NCBI GenBank assembly: GCA_950097015.1
Contig: CATNEN010000003.1
Coordinates: 9,858,001 to 9,922,000, forward strand
Length of the DNA stretch: 64,000 nucleotides
Origin: Macrostomum hystrix
Taxonomy: Eukaryota > Animalia > Platyhelminthes
Reading direction: 5' to 3'
Below are positions 23,081 to 36,088 of the stretch, piece after piece (the first letter of the stretch is position 1; the number at the start of each line of letters is the position of its first letter). The position numbers and the translations under genes are program-made. The notes beneath the pieces are model-generated. The model was given only the letters and a program-made list of their open reading frames with translations, searched no databases and was not told where the DNA came from.

Positions 23081-26000
23081 ATGCCGAAGAATAAGGGTAA
23101 GTTTTTAGCTTTGTAGTGGTTTTGCGTGCTGTTCTATTTGTATAACATTATTGGCCCTCACTTATATATTTTTATTTTAGCACCTACTAATCTACACTAC
23201 AGTCATGCCATGGTTATAAATATTATTAACGGCTGGAACGTATAATATTTAATATGTATATTTCGTTAGTGTTTTTGTTGACGAATTGGACATTTTTGTC
23301 ACCACTATTGCTACTATAAGAACTTGGGTTTCTAAGTAAAAGGAAATTATGACAATATAGATGTAAAAATGCCATTTTATGATTGCTCAAATAATTACTG
23401 CTATTGCCTTTTTTATGGGCATATTGCTATATACGTCTATGCAGTTTTGAAACAAGGCTGGCAATCTCATAGTGCTACCTAGTTTATGATATTAAACTAT
23501 TTTACATTTTAAGTAATATCAAATCTGTTCTTGTATAGTATAGATTTTTACTGATCTTTAGAGCAGTTTGGTATAGATAGTATATATATAGGCACTATAT
23601 CTATATATTTTACTTTTAATCATTACTTTTTTAAATTATGCTTTTATAAAACTAGACTTTGATTAAGCATAAAAAATAAGATATCAAGTTCGTCTCAATT
23701 AGGCTTGAAATTTTAATCTTGCTTTTTTGGAAATAAACTACTTGTGGTGAGAAGAAAATATGCTCAGACAAAGGATAAATTTGTCATGTTTGTTATCTAT
23801 GTGATAGTTCACTAGCTTTGGTAAAACAAACTGAATTCTTAGGATATATTATTATTGAGTTTTTTGGTAAAAAGGATATTAGCTTATTTCAAATTTCATA
23901 GGGCCTACTGGGTTGATGCTAACATTGTGGCGAAACATTGTAAAATTAAAAAAACACACAAGTAAATTTTGTGCCTAATGGGGGAGCAAAGCTTGCAAGT
24001 ATTAACTTTAATATTACAAATATATTATTGCTGTTTTTAGGAGTCTAGATGCATGACCATGATATCTAGCTAGCAAAATCTTATAAACCATTTTATAGTA
24101 GCTATACTCCATAGTCCGGATCATGTCGTTTACGCCGGAGATCTCCGGCGTAAATCTGGTTTGGGATCGGAGGCTGGCGTAAGTGCTTGGCGTAAGTATA
24201 GGCCAAAATGTGCCTTGGCGTAAGTGCTTGGCGTAAGTACATGGCATAAATCAAGTGGCGTAAATGTTAGCACAAATGAGATCATTCACGATCAAATGTA
24301 TCACTATAGAACATAACACATTTGCGTTAAATATGATGTTTGCGTTAATTAGGAGCAGCATTAAAACAAAGTTCATTAAAATATTGCAGTTCGTATAGAT
24401 GAGATAGCAGAATATCTATTGTAGGATAGCAAAAGTTTTTTTAGCTTTAAGATGCTTACTTTGATACTTGATTTAGAATTTGCAACTTGTGAGATTTTTA
24501 AACAGTTGCAACTTCTGAATTTAATTAATCACCGATTGACATGATTTGTGAAGGACCTTTTTTTGGGTGGCGTAAGTCAGAGGGACCTTTTTTGGTTGGC
24601 GTAAGTCTGGCGTAAGTGCCAAAAAATGTTGGATTTTTCCTCCGGCGTAAGTCCAGCATGATCCGGACTATGGGCTATACTATCTGGATAATAGGACAGA
24701 AAATTAAATCAAGTAATTCCTAAATATAGACATTAATCTCTTTGTTTATCTCCATCAACCACTTAGTGATAAGAAAAGTCATACTTGTAATTTTTTTATT
24801 TAATTGCATAAAAATGGATATTTTAGCTGGTAGTTAAGAAGTAGTCAAACAAATTATTTGTGTACAGTCATTTCAAATATCCATTAAACTATTACTGTTA
24901 CTTAAAAAAATTCCATGAAAATTTCATTGTAGTGTCTGGTGTCTATGGTTACTCATGCAAAATATCCTAAAACTAGTTTTAATAATAAGCCTATGTTACT
25001 GGGGGTCAGTGGCAGAGCAGTAAATACATTTGTCTCTCACACAATGCCACATTTATTTGGACCTTTGCTATTTATACCCTTGAGGGCCAACCTCCAAGGC
25101 AAGATGAAATTTACCAAGCCAAGCAATGAGAAAGTCAATGCAGATGTTTACATCTGTGAGTGTGTGCCTGTGTACAGTATTTGTGTGTACTCAGGAGTCA
25201 GTGGGATGGGCAGAATTGTCTTCTCGCTGGCTCTGGGTCTAGTAGTGTCACAAAATGATGTGCACCTTTCTGAATTTGGTCTACATTTAGATTTCAATCT
25301 AGGCTGTATTATATTTACTACAAATCTCTTGACTAATTAGTTATGTTTGTCGATATGTAACTGTAAACAGTTAGTTACTGATTATTTTATTAAGCTGTTT
25401 TATCTTTTGAATTAGTTTAGCTCTTTTCCCTACAGTATTTTATTGCAAAGCAGGCCTATTAAAGTATTATAACATACTCTAGTAGGAAAAGCTACACAGA
25501 TAAAATAGCTACAGATCTATCTTTTACTACAGTCTTATATCCACACAATTGATCAAAGTTTTCCCTATTTTTCAGTACTATTTTTATTACATTTTAATTT
25601 TACTAACTCTTCTCTTCACTGCCCCGCTATAAACCAGGAAAGGGAGGTAAGAATCGTCGTCGTGGTAAGAATGAAAATGAATCGATGAAGCGCGAGCTAG
25701 TTTACAAAGAGGACGGCCAAGAGTATGGCAAAGTTGAAAAGATGCTTGGCAACGGTCGCCTGGAAGCCTATTGTTTCGACGGTGTAAAACGTCTGTGTCA
25801 CATTCGCGGCAAACTGCGCAAGAAGGTCTGGATTAACCAGGGCGACATCATCTTGGTTGGCCTGCGCGACTACCAGGACACGAAGGCTGACGTCATTATG
25901 AAGTACAATCCAGACGAGGTGCGCAATCTCAAGACCTACGGAGAGATTCCTGAGTCTGGTCAGTACTGTTGTTCTAGGCATTATATTTATATCAATTCTT

Positions 26001-26843
26001 CTGTTTTATTGCTGTTACAAAGTTTTTCTATGGCTCATTCTAAGCCTAAGTTGTAGCCTAGTGGTTTGGGCGTTAGACTCACGACTTGTGTCCTTTAGCA
26101 ATACACTTAACCCTGCTTTGCTTGAGTTCACCCAGATGTAAAATGGGTACTAGCATTAGCTTGGGTTATTGAAGGTGGGTGTGGCGTCTCCCCAGTCCAT
26201 GGACTGATCAGCTGTACGCAGCGTTCAGATGCGCCGCGCAATAGGTGCGGCTGTGCTGTCGGCTGCACATCAGGCCTAATTAGCGCAGGTGATAATTAAT
26301 TCTTATTATTATAATCTAAGAATATTTGTTATATGTGATTATAATAGCGTTCATGTACTATAGCCGTTTCTAATTTTTATCTGGGAGTTAATAATAGATC
26401 ATTGGTTTACAGATTTCACAGTCTTACTGGTTTCTCCACTTTTTCAGCTTTTCTCTCTTATTATGATCCTCCAAATAAATTAATTAATTCAGGTTCATTC
26501 TAACAAAGCGTGCGATTAAAACAGAATATTTGCACATTAAAATATGCGGGAGTTTTTCCTATAAATGTTTTACTTCAGAGCGCCCTACATTACTATTTAT
26601 ACGAGATATGATTACTTTATAGTCCAAGAGGTCGGGGGTTCGAATTTTAGGTCAAAGGTAATAAAATAATACTAATTTTGCTATATCCGCGAAACAATCT
26701 TGAAATTCGCAGTTAAAATCGAAGAGGACGCGGACATTGCATTCGATCACACTTCCGGCTTCCCTGACGACGGCGGAGATTCCGAAGAGTCCGACTCCGA
26801 GACTGAAAAGTCCGAGAGTGAAGAGGACATTGACGACATTTGA
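23081..26843 (+). CDS. EIF1A: Eukaryotic translation initiation factor 1A, 155 aa, 3 exons
   Basis: Exons 23081-23096, 25638-25958, 26713-26843. [17 protein letters not shown]...[23 protein letters not shown]..., acidic tail ending DIDDI. Confidence 0.98.
24109..24673. mobile_element. MITE with 8-bp TSD (hAT/P-like) in eIF1A intron 1
   Basis: TIRs CCATAGTCCGGATCATG / CATGATCCGGACTATGG. TSD GCTATACT at 24101-24108 and 24674-24681. Repeated subterminal TGGCGTAA motifs. Confidence 0.92.
25075..25265 (+). mobile_element. SINE family 2, partial diverged copy (eIF1A intron 1)
   Basis: TTGAGGGCCAACCTCCAAGGCA...CTCAGGAGTCAG...GTGTCAC.AAATGATG. Confidence 0.8.
26050..26311 (+). mobile_element. SINE family 1 copy, B box deleted (eIF1A intron 2)
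   Basis: Colinear with 7489-7808. Confidence 0.85.
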
Positions 26844-27642
26844 ATAACGACTAGAATTTGAGATTTGTGTGGGGCTATAGCAAAGCCTCTTGTGTTTCGG
26901 GTCTGATTTTATTTGCTTCGACCAGTCTAAAATAATTTTCTGCAAGAAATTTTTTTTCCTGTTTAATTCTGAAAAAAATTACTTAAAAAACTCTACTCTC
27001 TACTGGCAGTAGGGAAAGGGACAAAACATTGCATTTTAAACAGAAAAGTAGAATTGATAATTGCAGATATATGGGAATACTAAACATCTTTGCGATTACT
27101 AAAACAAACGCTTATTTTGTGTCTCAGTGTGATCCACAAATTAATTACACGAGTATAATGAAACTAATCCACTAATATGATATTTGTGAAAGAATTTTAA
27201 AATATAATTGTAAACCTCCAAGTCTGTAAAACCCACTTAAACAAATGTTAAAATGTCATTTCTTATAATTGACACGCACTTACGTATTTCTAAAAATATA
27301 TTCAGAAGAAACAGTTGAAGCGAAACGACGAACACTTGACACAGAAACAAGTGATTGATAACACGATATAGAAATTGTGCCGTCTGTTTTGTGTGCAGTT
27401 CGCGGTATTGGTGTGCGAGAAGCGTTTAAAAAATTAAAAACTAGTTTTCGTGTTTTTTCTGGTTTATTTAAATTCGCTGTTATTTTTTGTTTTGCTTGCT
27501 GTTGTTTGTCCTCTGTGTGACGAATCTTAAAAAGACATTGACGAGGCTTTTGTTGTAATGCCATTTGAAAGTAAATTAGTATTGAAAACTACGTTTTTTT
27601 CTTGCTTCCGATTTTTTATATGGATCCAAACATTAGGACACG

Positions 27643-28507
27643 CATCTTCTCAGATCCTCGGGTTGAGCTTGTCATCTTCCCAGATCCTCGGGTTGAGCTT
27701 GTCATCTTCCCAGATCCTCGGGTTGAGCTTGTCATCTTCCCAGATCCTCAGGTTGAGTTTGTCATCTTCCCAGATCCTCAGGTTGAGTTTGTCATCTTCC
27801 CAGATCCTCGGGTTGAGTTTGTCGTCTTCCCAGATCCTCAGGTTGAGTTTGTCATCTTCCCAGATCCTCGGGTTGAGCTTGTCATCTTCCCAGATCCTCG
27901 GGTTGAGCTTGTCATCTTCCCAGATCCTCGGGTTGAGCTTGTCATCTTCCCAGATCCTCGGGTTGTGCTTGTCATCTTCCGAGATCCTTAGGTTGAGTTT
28001 GTCATCTTCCCAGATCCTCAGGTTGAGTTTGTCATCTTCTCAGATCCTCAGGTTGAGTTTGTCATCTTCCGAGATCCTTAGGTTGAGTTTGTCATCTTCC
28101 CAGATCCTCACGTTGAGTTTGTCATCTTCCCAGATCCTCAGGTTGAGTTTGTCATCTTCCGAGATCCTTAGGTTGAGTTTGTCATCTTCCGAGATCCTTA
28201 GGTTGAGTTTGTCATCTTCCGAGATCCTTAGGTTGAGTTTGTCATCTTCCGAGATCCTTAGGTTGAGTTTGTCATCTTCCGAGATCCTCAGGTTGAGTTT
28301 GTCATCTTCCGAGATCCTCGGGATGAGTTTGCCATCTTCCCAGATCCTCAGGTTCAGTTTGTCATCTTCCCAGATCCTCAGGTTGAGTTTGCCATCTTCC
28401 CAGATCCTCAGGTTCAGTTTGTCATCTTCCCAGATCCTCAGGTTCAGTTTGTCATCTTCTCAGATCCTCAGGTTGAGTTTGCCATCTTCCTAGATCCTCT
28501 GGTTCAG
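27643..28507. repeat. 30-bp minisatellite, about 28 copies
   Basis: Unit CAGATCCTCAGGTTGAGTTTGTCATCTTCC. Confidence 0.97.
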
Positions 28508-29102
28508 TTCGCAACATTTACTAATCTTCATTTTATTGAGTTTTTATGAAAATTTCCTAATTAAAAAATCTTATTGCTCTAAAATGATAGTAGCTTTGTT
28601 AATACAGCATCAGCAGAAATATTTGCAGTTAAAATGTTTTTTGTAATTGTATATTTAGGTCGTAGTTAGTCCATTGACCGAGACTTGCTAATGCTTTTAA
28701 ACAAACAAACAATAGTTTAATATTATAACAGTGTCAATATTATTTTAGCATAATTGCGATCCAGTTGTTTCCATAGCTTGCCGCAGCGACCAGAAGATCA
28801 TTAACTATAGACAGGCTTCAATGGCTTCTAGCATTGCTGGAATGAATATTAATGAAGAGCTATAAGCTTCACTCCGCGGCGAGGCCATATAGTCGGTTGA
28901 AAGGTCCGCAACCCGCACAGCAATTGTAGGTTGTATAAAGTTTGTGGTAATTATTCTATGGCCTAAACCGGAATCACATCTCTCTTGTGGTTATACCAAA
29001 CACCAAAACTTCGTCTATGGCCAATATTCAAAGATGTAACTATATGAGCGGTACGCAATAAAAACATGCAAGTGGTAAGCAATAATCGTGACGCAATGAT
29101 AG

Positions 29103-31341
29103 CTAGGACAAATAATAATTATCATGCGACCCACCTTCCAGTCCAGCTGGTTGGTAGTTTCTCCGTCGCAGTTGTTCGATGCGCAATATCGCCGATTCGT
29201 TCTTGACCTGTCCGTCCTTGCCATCGCTGGCGTCATTGGCCAGGGCGGCTGCAATGGACTCTGCCGCTTTTCGGCAAAGCACCTGATCGAATAAGTTTCT
29301 ACCGTCATCGGCCTCCGTTGAAGAAGACGACTTTGCGGAAGATGAAGTTGATGATTTTGCCAGATTTGGTTCGGAATATTTCGATGCAGAGTCTTTGTCG
29401 TCTCGGCTTTCTTCTTTGTTATCGCCGTCATCGTCGTCAGTGTCAGCCAGGCGAGTCACTTTCGGCTCGCCCATCGAGGACGAAGATTTCGAAGAGTCTA
29501 GTTTGTCGTCGTTCTTTGCGTCGGGAAATTCAACGTTGAAGCGAACCTTGACGAATGGGACACCAGTATCGAACTTATAAGCTGACGAATCGAATATGAT
29601 TAAGTAGTCCGAAAACAATTGGATATTTATGTGGTTAATGGACATGTGCTCTCTCAGCTTTCACAGTAAACGATAAAAAATCAACGAAGAAACTATTCAT
29701 ATCGTTCGATGGAACACTTAATCTGTCAAATACTCTTTCTCTTTTATCTCTAAATACTCCTAGGACCTACACCTACGTGAGAAATACGGATCAAATTTTG
29801 TGTATGAAGATCGGGCTTCGTAAATAAACGAATAGATTAATGTAAATCAGATATTAGTATTGGCGAATGGAAGCTCATCTTCTATGATTAAAATCTCCAA
29901 AATCTGAAAATAAAGATTTGAATCGGTGAATGAAAGATCGAAATCTTCAATTGGAACAATGTAATCTGTGAATGGAGGATTGCAATCTGTTAATGGAAGA
30001 TAAACATCCAGGTGAATGTAAGATTGAAAGCTGTGAACGGAGGATTGTAATCTGTATTAGGATATAGTTCACCTTTCGTCCCTCGAGTTCCAGTGTTCGA
30101 TCCAGAACTCCGTCAAGAAACTCCCTAATGGGTTGAGCAATTTTCGCTTGCTCAGCGAAGGTTTTGAGTCGATCTGTCACCGCCGACCCGTTGGCTTCCG
30201 ATTTTGAGTTTTCATCGTCGCCCGTATCAGTTTTTCCATCTGCCAGGAAACGTCGGATTTCATGAGCAGCCTCATTCAACAGTTGTATAGCCGCATTATT
30301 CTCGAAGGAGAATTGCTCAGATTCAGCTGATCCGGCTGTCAGAGCGGGCAGCACCAGGTCCTTAGCCGGGCCTTTCAATAATCGCGCAGCTAGACGAAGC
30401 GCCGAGTTTTGGTTGAGCTTGCGTCGATGAAGCTGGTCGAGCAGCTGGGTGAGGGTTTCAACATCTGCCAGCTGTTCCCTGATGTACAGCTCGGAGGGTG
30501 AGGCGGCATCAGCTAGTACAGTTTGCACGTGTTCCAGGTACTCCTTTTTGGAGGTAAACAGTCTTTTTAAGGATGCAATTATGTCTAATGTAAGGGTATT
30601 GTAATACATATTTCTATGGCCACAACTAATCGCTTGCTAAACTGGCCATAGCTTTGGGCCATAGACGTTCACCAAGGTCCCTGAGCACGATTCCATGGCG
30701 AGCTCTAGGCAACATTCATTTGGGGCGCAGTCGCGAGAAGAGAAGGCTTGGGGTGCTTGTCCTGTAATTTACGCCCTTGAGGGCCAATTAACCTCCAAGG
30801 CACAGTGAGAGTTTACACTGCCTGACGATGAGAAAGACAGCGCGGATGCACACACCCGTGTGGGTGTGTGCTCAGGAGTCAGCGGAATGGACAGAATTGT
30901 TTTTTCGCTGGCTGCGGATCTACTGTTACTAAATGTTGTGCCATTGTCCGCAGCCCTCCTGAAAATATTATTACTACAGCTCAATGGACCTCAGTATGTG
31001 AATACGATTAGGCCATAGACAAAACTGCGTCAGAGTAATTGCGAATATAGTGGAGGATTATTGATTTTTATTATCAGAATGGCAATAAATAAACACACGG
31101 ATATCAATTCACTGATATCGATCCGAACCTGTGCAGCCTCAGCGTATCCGTCATCAGTGTGCTGGCCGCTAACACCGTCGCCGCTTCTCAACACCTCTGC
31201 GATGGCGTCGCGAATCATTTTAGGGTCCAAGTTCAGGGTCTGCTCTTCGGCAGCCAAACTCCGATACTGATTTAGTGCTACAACTGCTACTAACAGAAGA
31301 AAAACATGCGACTTTAATAATGGCTTGAAATTGAAATTCAT
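29103..31341 (-). CDS. Putative secreted/ER-lumenal protein of unknown function, about 3 exons
   Basis: Exon 31341-31129 has a signal-peptide-like segment (HVFLLLVAVVALNQYRSLA). Exon ~30543-30073 looks helical; last exon ~29576-29103 is acidic/Ser-rich. Acceptors for exons 2 and 3 are uncertain. Confidence 0.65.
30668..30975 (+). mobile_element. SINE family 2 copy (intron 1 of the secreted-protein gene)
   Basis: Colinear with 18694-19050. Confidence 0.88.
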
Positions 31342-32603
31342 TTTTTATTATAAAATCTGTCAGACATGCGCTAAGAAGTGTTCAAAAGCTCCCAGGCCTA
31401 ACCGAAACTATTCAAGGCCTATATAGTGTGTATGTTTATAAGACATGAACATAGATAAAGCTACAGTTAGTTCTAGCTAACTCAGTGTAATAACTAGCAA
31501 TGTGACATATGTCGGAATTCACAAGCCAGAAACAACGTTCATTTTACAATAGTCTCAGCAACAACAGCCATTAGCTCTAATAGCTTATTTCTTTTTCTAC
31601 GTAATAAAAAAGAGGCCATATTTAAGTTCTTTAATGGCTCCGTCTAGTGCCGTATAATGATTAAAAGAAAAATAGTCTTAAAATCACGTTTTTCCATTAG
31701 TAAAGCTATCAGGAAGGCTTAACATGCAGATTGAAAACTTGCTTTTCTTATTCTCATGGGCTATATTTTTTCATGGGTAAAAATTTCAACTGAGTCGCGA
31801 AAAATCGTAATTAGTGCAGCTGTTAAAAAACAAATAGTTAAATATTGACTGGCTTCAAGCTTTAGCAGAGATGGTTCTGATGGAAACAAAATTATGGCTG
31901 ACAAAACCAAAATAGCAATGGGAACTAGAAATATAATTGCTTATGGGATGACATTTGATTATATCCTCCACCAAATTTACCTAGTTTACAAATAAATTAT
32001 AACAGCATTGTGTTAGATAAACACAAAATAACTAAAAAGACAGTTTTGATTGACTAAAAACAAAAAAAGAATAATAAACGCGCTTGAACTACTAATTAAG
32101 TAGTACTCGTATGTGTTAAAAGGTACAATTTTAGGGTGCTTTCGAAATACAAATTTGGTTAAAACAAAAAACTTTCTTAATAACACCAAAATGATAAGAA
32201 TGAGATGAATTAAATTAAGTTTTAAAACCCTCTTATTATGTCTTATTATGACTAATTATGTCTTGTGTAAAAACAGATTGAGATTTGGAAATTTCCTAAT
32301 TATGTAAAATAACAATGTATTTTTCGGTACATATCGGCACTGATTTTATACATTAAAATAGTTTTGTAAGACTTCCAAAGTTAAACTTTTAAACTTATCT
32401 TGTAACAAATCGGTGCCGAAAAACGTTACAAAGGAATATAACAATGCATCAGTTTTAGTGGATGCATAAATACCTACTCTAATTTGAGTTTTTCGATACA
32501 TGTCGTCCAAAACAAGCAAGCAAGCGCCAAAGCCAATCTAAAAAACTGAAAAACCGCTTCACCATAAGTTATAATTAAATGGGCAACAAAAATGTTCATT
32601 ATT

Positions 32604-33781
32604 TTAAACCTCCGAAGTAGAGCCCTTACGACCGGCGTGCTGCTGCTGCTGTTGCTGAGACCGACTAGCAGCCAATAGTCTGTGCTGCAATCCGGCGGCA
32701 AAGCGTTTAGCGCCTGGCCCGGTTAGCGACTGGGTGACGGAGACGCCGGGCAGGGCGGCCGAAGCCGATTGGCCAGGAGCGGCTGCGGCGCCTCCGCCGG
32801 CGCTCTCGCTGGCTCGCTCCTGCTCGCTCTCGGATAGGCGACGACGGCTCAGGGGCCGCCTGGGGCGCAGCAGCATGCCCTCCAGTAGGCGCATTGTGTC
32901 AGACTCCGGCACAGAGCCAGCGCTGGAGGTGCGACGACGCATGGCTCCAGGCGGCACCTGGGACACCTGGGATAGGGAATAGGGGAGAAATAAGAATGGG
33001 AAGAGGGATTAAGATAAATCGAGGGAGAGGAATATGGGATAAATCAGTGAAATCATTGAGAGAAAAAATGAAAAAATCAGTGGGCGATTGGCGATAAATC
33101 GGTGAGAGAGGAATAGGGGATAAATTAGTGACAGAGGAATAGGGGATAAATTAGTGGCAGGGGAATCGGGGATAAATTAGAGGCAGAGGAATAGGGGATA
33201 AATCAGTGTGTGAGGAATAGGAGATAAATCAGTGTGAGAGGAATAAAGGATAAACCATTGGGAGAGGAATAGGGGAGAAATCAGTGGGAGAAATAGGGGA
33301 TAAATCTGGGGGAAAGGAAGGGATAGGGGATAAATATTAGGAGAGACAAGGGATAAATGAGTAAAAGTGGGACTAAGTGGTTAGCGGGCAGGCAGCTCAC
33401 CTGCACATGATGATGGTGATGATCAGCTCGAATGAGTTCGCACTGGATACCAGTCTCAGATGTGCTAGGCTGGTTCATGGGGGCGGCCGCCGTTGACGCC
33501 CCAGCCACTTCACCGTTGATCGCCGCCTTTTCAACATCTCCAAGGGCGCGAGCGGCACCTTCGTTGGCGATAAATTTGCCGACAAGTTTCAGCTTCTTTA
33601 GTCCGGGGTCGTCGATGCGCAGCAGCAGGATCTGCACCAGAGCAAAGATCAGCGTGCCCAACAATGGCGCGGCGATGTTAAGCCACAATGGCCAGTAGGC
33701 TGCTTCGTTTGGTTTCAGCGGCTTCGGAGTCGACAAAAAGGGTTCCATGGTTGACCAAGTGTCGGCCGACAAGCTTGCCAT
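32604..33781 (-). CDS. Single-pass membrane protein B, unrecognised family, about 247 aa, 2 exons
   Basis: Exons 33781-33401 and 32966-32604, phase 0, GT-AG. Membrane segment AAYWPLWLNIAAPLLGTLIFALVQILLLRIDDPGL. C-terminus ends in -SEV. Confidence 0.8.
32972..33350. repeat. Degenerate ~27-bp tandem repeat filling the intron of protein B
   Basis: Recurring GAGGAATAGGGGATAAAT(C/T)AGTG. Confidence 0.8.
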
Positions 33782-33892
33782 AACTGTGCTTCTATTCGAT
33801 TAAAATTTGATTTTTGATGAACAATGCAACGACGTAATACTGACTGAAAGTAATTAAGTAACAAGTACAACATTTTCTTCGATTTCGATAAA

Positions 33893-34772
33893 CTGAGGAT
33901 CTGGGAAGGTGACAGATTAACCTGAGGATCTGGGAAGGTGACAGATTAACCTGAGGATCTGGGAAGGTGACAGATTAACCTGAGGATCTGGGAAGGTGAC
34001 AGATTAACCTGAGGATCTGGGAAGGTGACAGATTAACCTGAGGATCTGGGAAGGTGGCAGATTAACCTGAGGATCTGGGAAGGTGACAGATTAACCTGAG
34101 GATCTGGGAAGGTTATTCATTAACCTGAGGATCTGTGAAGGTTATGGATTGACCTGAGGATCAGGGCAGGTTATGGATTAACCTGAGGATCAGGGAAGGT
34201 TATGGATTAACCTGAGGGTCTGTGAAGGTTATGGATTAACCTGAGGATCTGTGAAGGTTATGGATTAACCTGAGGATCTGTGAAGGTTACGGATTAACCT
34301 GAGGATCTGTGAAGGTTATGGATTAACCTGAGGATCTGTGAAGGTTATGGATTGACCTGAGGATCAGGGAAGGTTATGGATTAACCTGAGGATCAGGGCA
34401 GGTTATGGATTAACCTGAGGATCAGGGCAGGTTATGGATTAACCTGAGGATCAGGGAATGTTATGGATTAACCTGAGGATCAGGGCAGGTTATGCATTGA
34501 CCTGAGGATCAGGGCAGGTTATGGATTAACCTGAGGATCTGTGAAGGTTATGGATTAACCTGAGGATCAGGGAATGTTATGGATTAACCTGAGGATCTGT
34601 GAAGGTTATGGATTAACCTGAGGATCAGGGCAGATTATTGATTAACCTGAGGATCAGGGAAGGTTATGGATTGACTTGAGGATCAGGGCAGGTTATGGAT
34701 TAACCTGAGGATCAGGGAAGGTTATGGATTAACTCGAGGATCTGTGAAGGTTATGGATTAACTCGAGGATCA
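33893..34772. repeat. 29-bp minisatellite, about 30 copies, related to and inverted relative to 27643-28507
   Basis: Unit CTGAGGATCTGGGAAGGTGACAGATTAAC, drifting to CTGAGGATCAGGGAAGGTTATGGATTAAC. Confidence 0.97.
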
Positions 34773-35313
34773 AGGAGAGCGTTGATCAAATGATCAACGC
34801 TGATGATCAAATCAGCGTTTAAAAAATGAAAACAATTCTAAAAAATGTAAAAAAAGTTTTTAATGATTTTGTAATAGTTGTAGAGGCACAATAAACCTAG
34901 GAAGTGAAACATAAACTGCGTTGCGTCATCACTATAAGCAAATGTATGATAATGATTCAGAAGCATAGCATTGTTTTCTTAAAACGAGAAAATGGACTGA
35001 GACGCGAAAATTATAATGTTGAACAGCATATAACTGTTTATCTCGAAAATATATAAACAATCACAGATTCACAGGTATATAAAGATTCACGGAACAAATA
35101 GTATCGGACGGTCCTTGGCAATAGAGCTAAACAAGAATGTGTGTGCTACTAAAAGTAGCATAACTAGGAATTTGATACAATTCAACAGGATTATCACAGC
35201 TAGATTTGTTAGCATTGATAATACTAATACAACATATTAATCAATACATAATTTTAACCTTTCGAAAGTCTTTAGCAAATGAAAGATCGTTTATTGCGTG
35301 CGGTGTTGTAAAT

Positions 35314-35745
35314 GGGCCAGGATCGCCAATGTACACTGGGGGGTTGTCACGAGTGTTAGAGAAAGGGGCGGGCCTGGATCGCCAATGTACACTGGGGGGT
35401 TGTCACGAGTGTTAGAGAAAGGGGCGGGCCTGGATCGCCAATGTACACTGGGGGTTGTCACGAGTGTTAGGGAAAGGGGCGGGCCTGGATCGCCAATGTA
35501 CACTGGGGGTTGTCGCGAGTGTTAGAGAAAGGGGCGGGCCTGGATCGCCAATGTACACTGGGGGGTTGTCGCGAGTGTTAGAGAAAGGGGCGGGCCTGGA
35601 TCGCCAATGTACACTGGGGGGTTGTCGCGAGTGTTAGAGAAAGGGGCGGGCCTGAATCGCCAATGTACACTGGTTGTTGTCGCGAGTGTTAGAGAACGGG
35701 GCGGGCCTGGATCGCCAATGTACACTAGGTTCTGTTGCGAGTGTT
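35314..35745. repeat. 55-56-bp minisatellite, about 8 copies
   Basis: Unit GGATCGCCAATGTACACTGGGGGTTGTCGCGAGTGTTAGAGAAAGGGGCGGGCCT. Confidence 0.95.
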
Positions 35746-36088
35746 AAAAAAGGTGTCTGCATTTTCTGTGTTTTTTTGTGTTATCTCAGCAACTGTGTGA
35801 CGATTATTGTCGAGACTAAAGACTCAAATGGAATTAGCTAGCACTGTGGTACTCAAAATTGGATTGTGAAGGAAAGAAAAGTTTTTTCGGTCTAGCATGC
35901 ACATAAACTGCTACGGGCTGGCGATATGATGAGCTTGTATTTGGTCCGGAGCTGACTGTATACAATGGAAGCTGACTATGAGCACTGCTTTCGACTGGTC
36001 GCGAGTTCGAACATTTGGAGGGTGCTTATCTATAATAATAGATCCCTTATTATAGGGATCTATAATAAGGAAGATCCCTATAGCTGTT

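Noticed and set aside
27558-28493. 311-aa SSSQILRLSL-repeat ORF
   Set aside because: Translation of a 30-bp minisatellite that lacks stops; no unique coding context.
30820-30845. Hammerhead-like CTGACGA-TGA-GAAA in SINE family 2, plus C/D-box-like words near its 3' end
   Set aside because: No stem II or III can form and a simple hairpin explains it; C-D spacing is too short for a snoRNA.
34779-36063. Short perfect hairpins at ~34779-34802 and ~36040-36063
   Set aside because: Isolated 10-11-bp stems with no supporting context.
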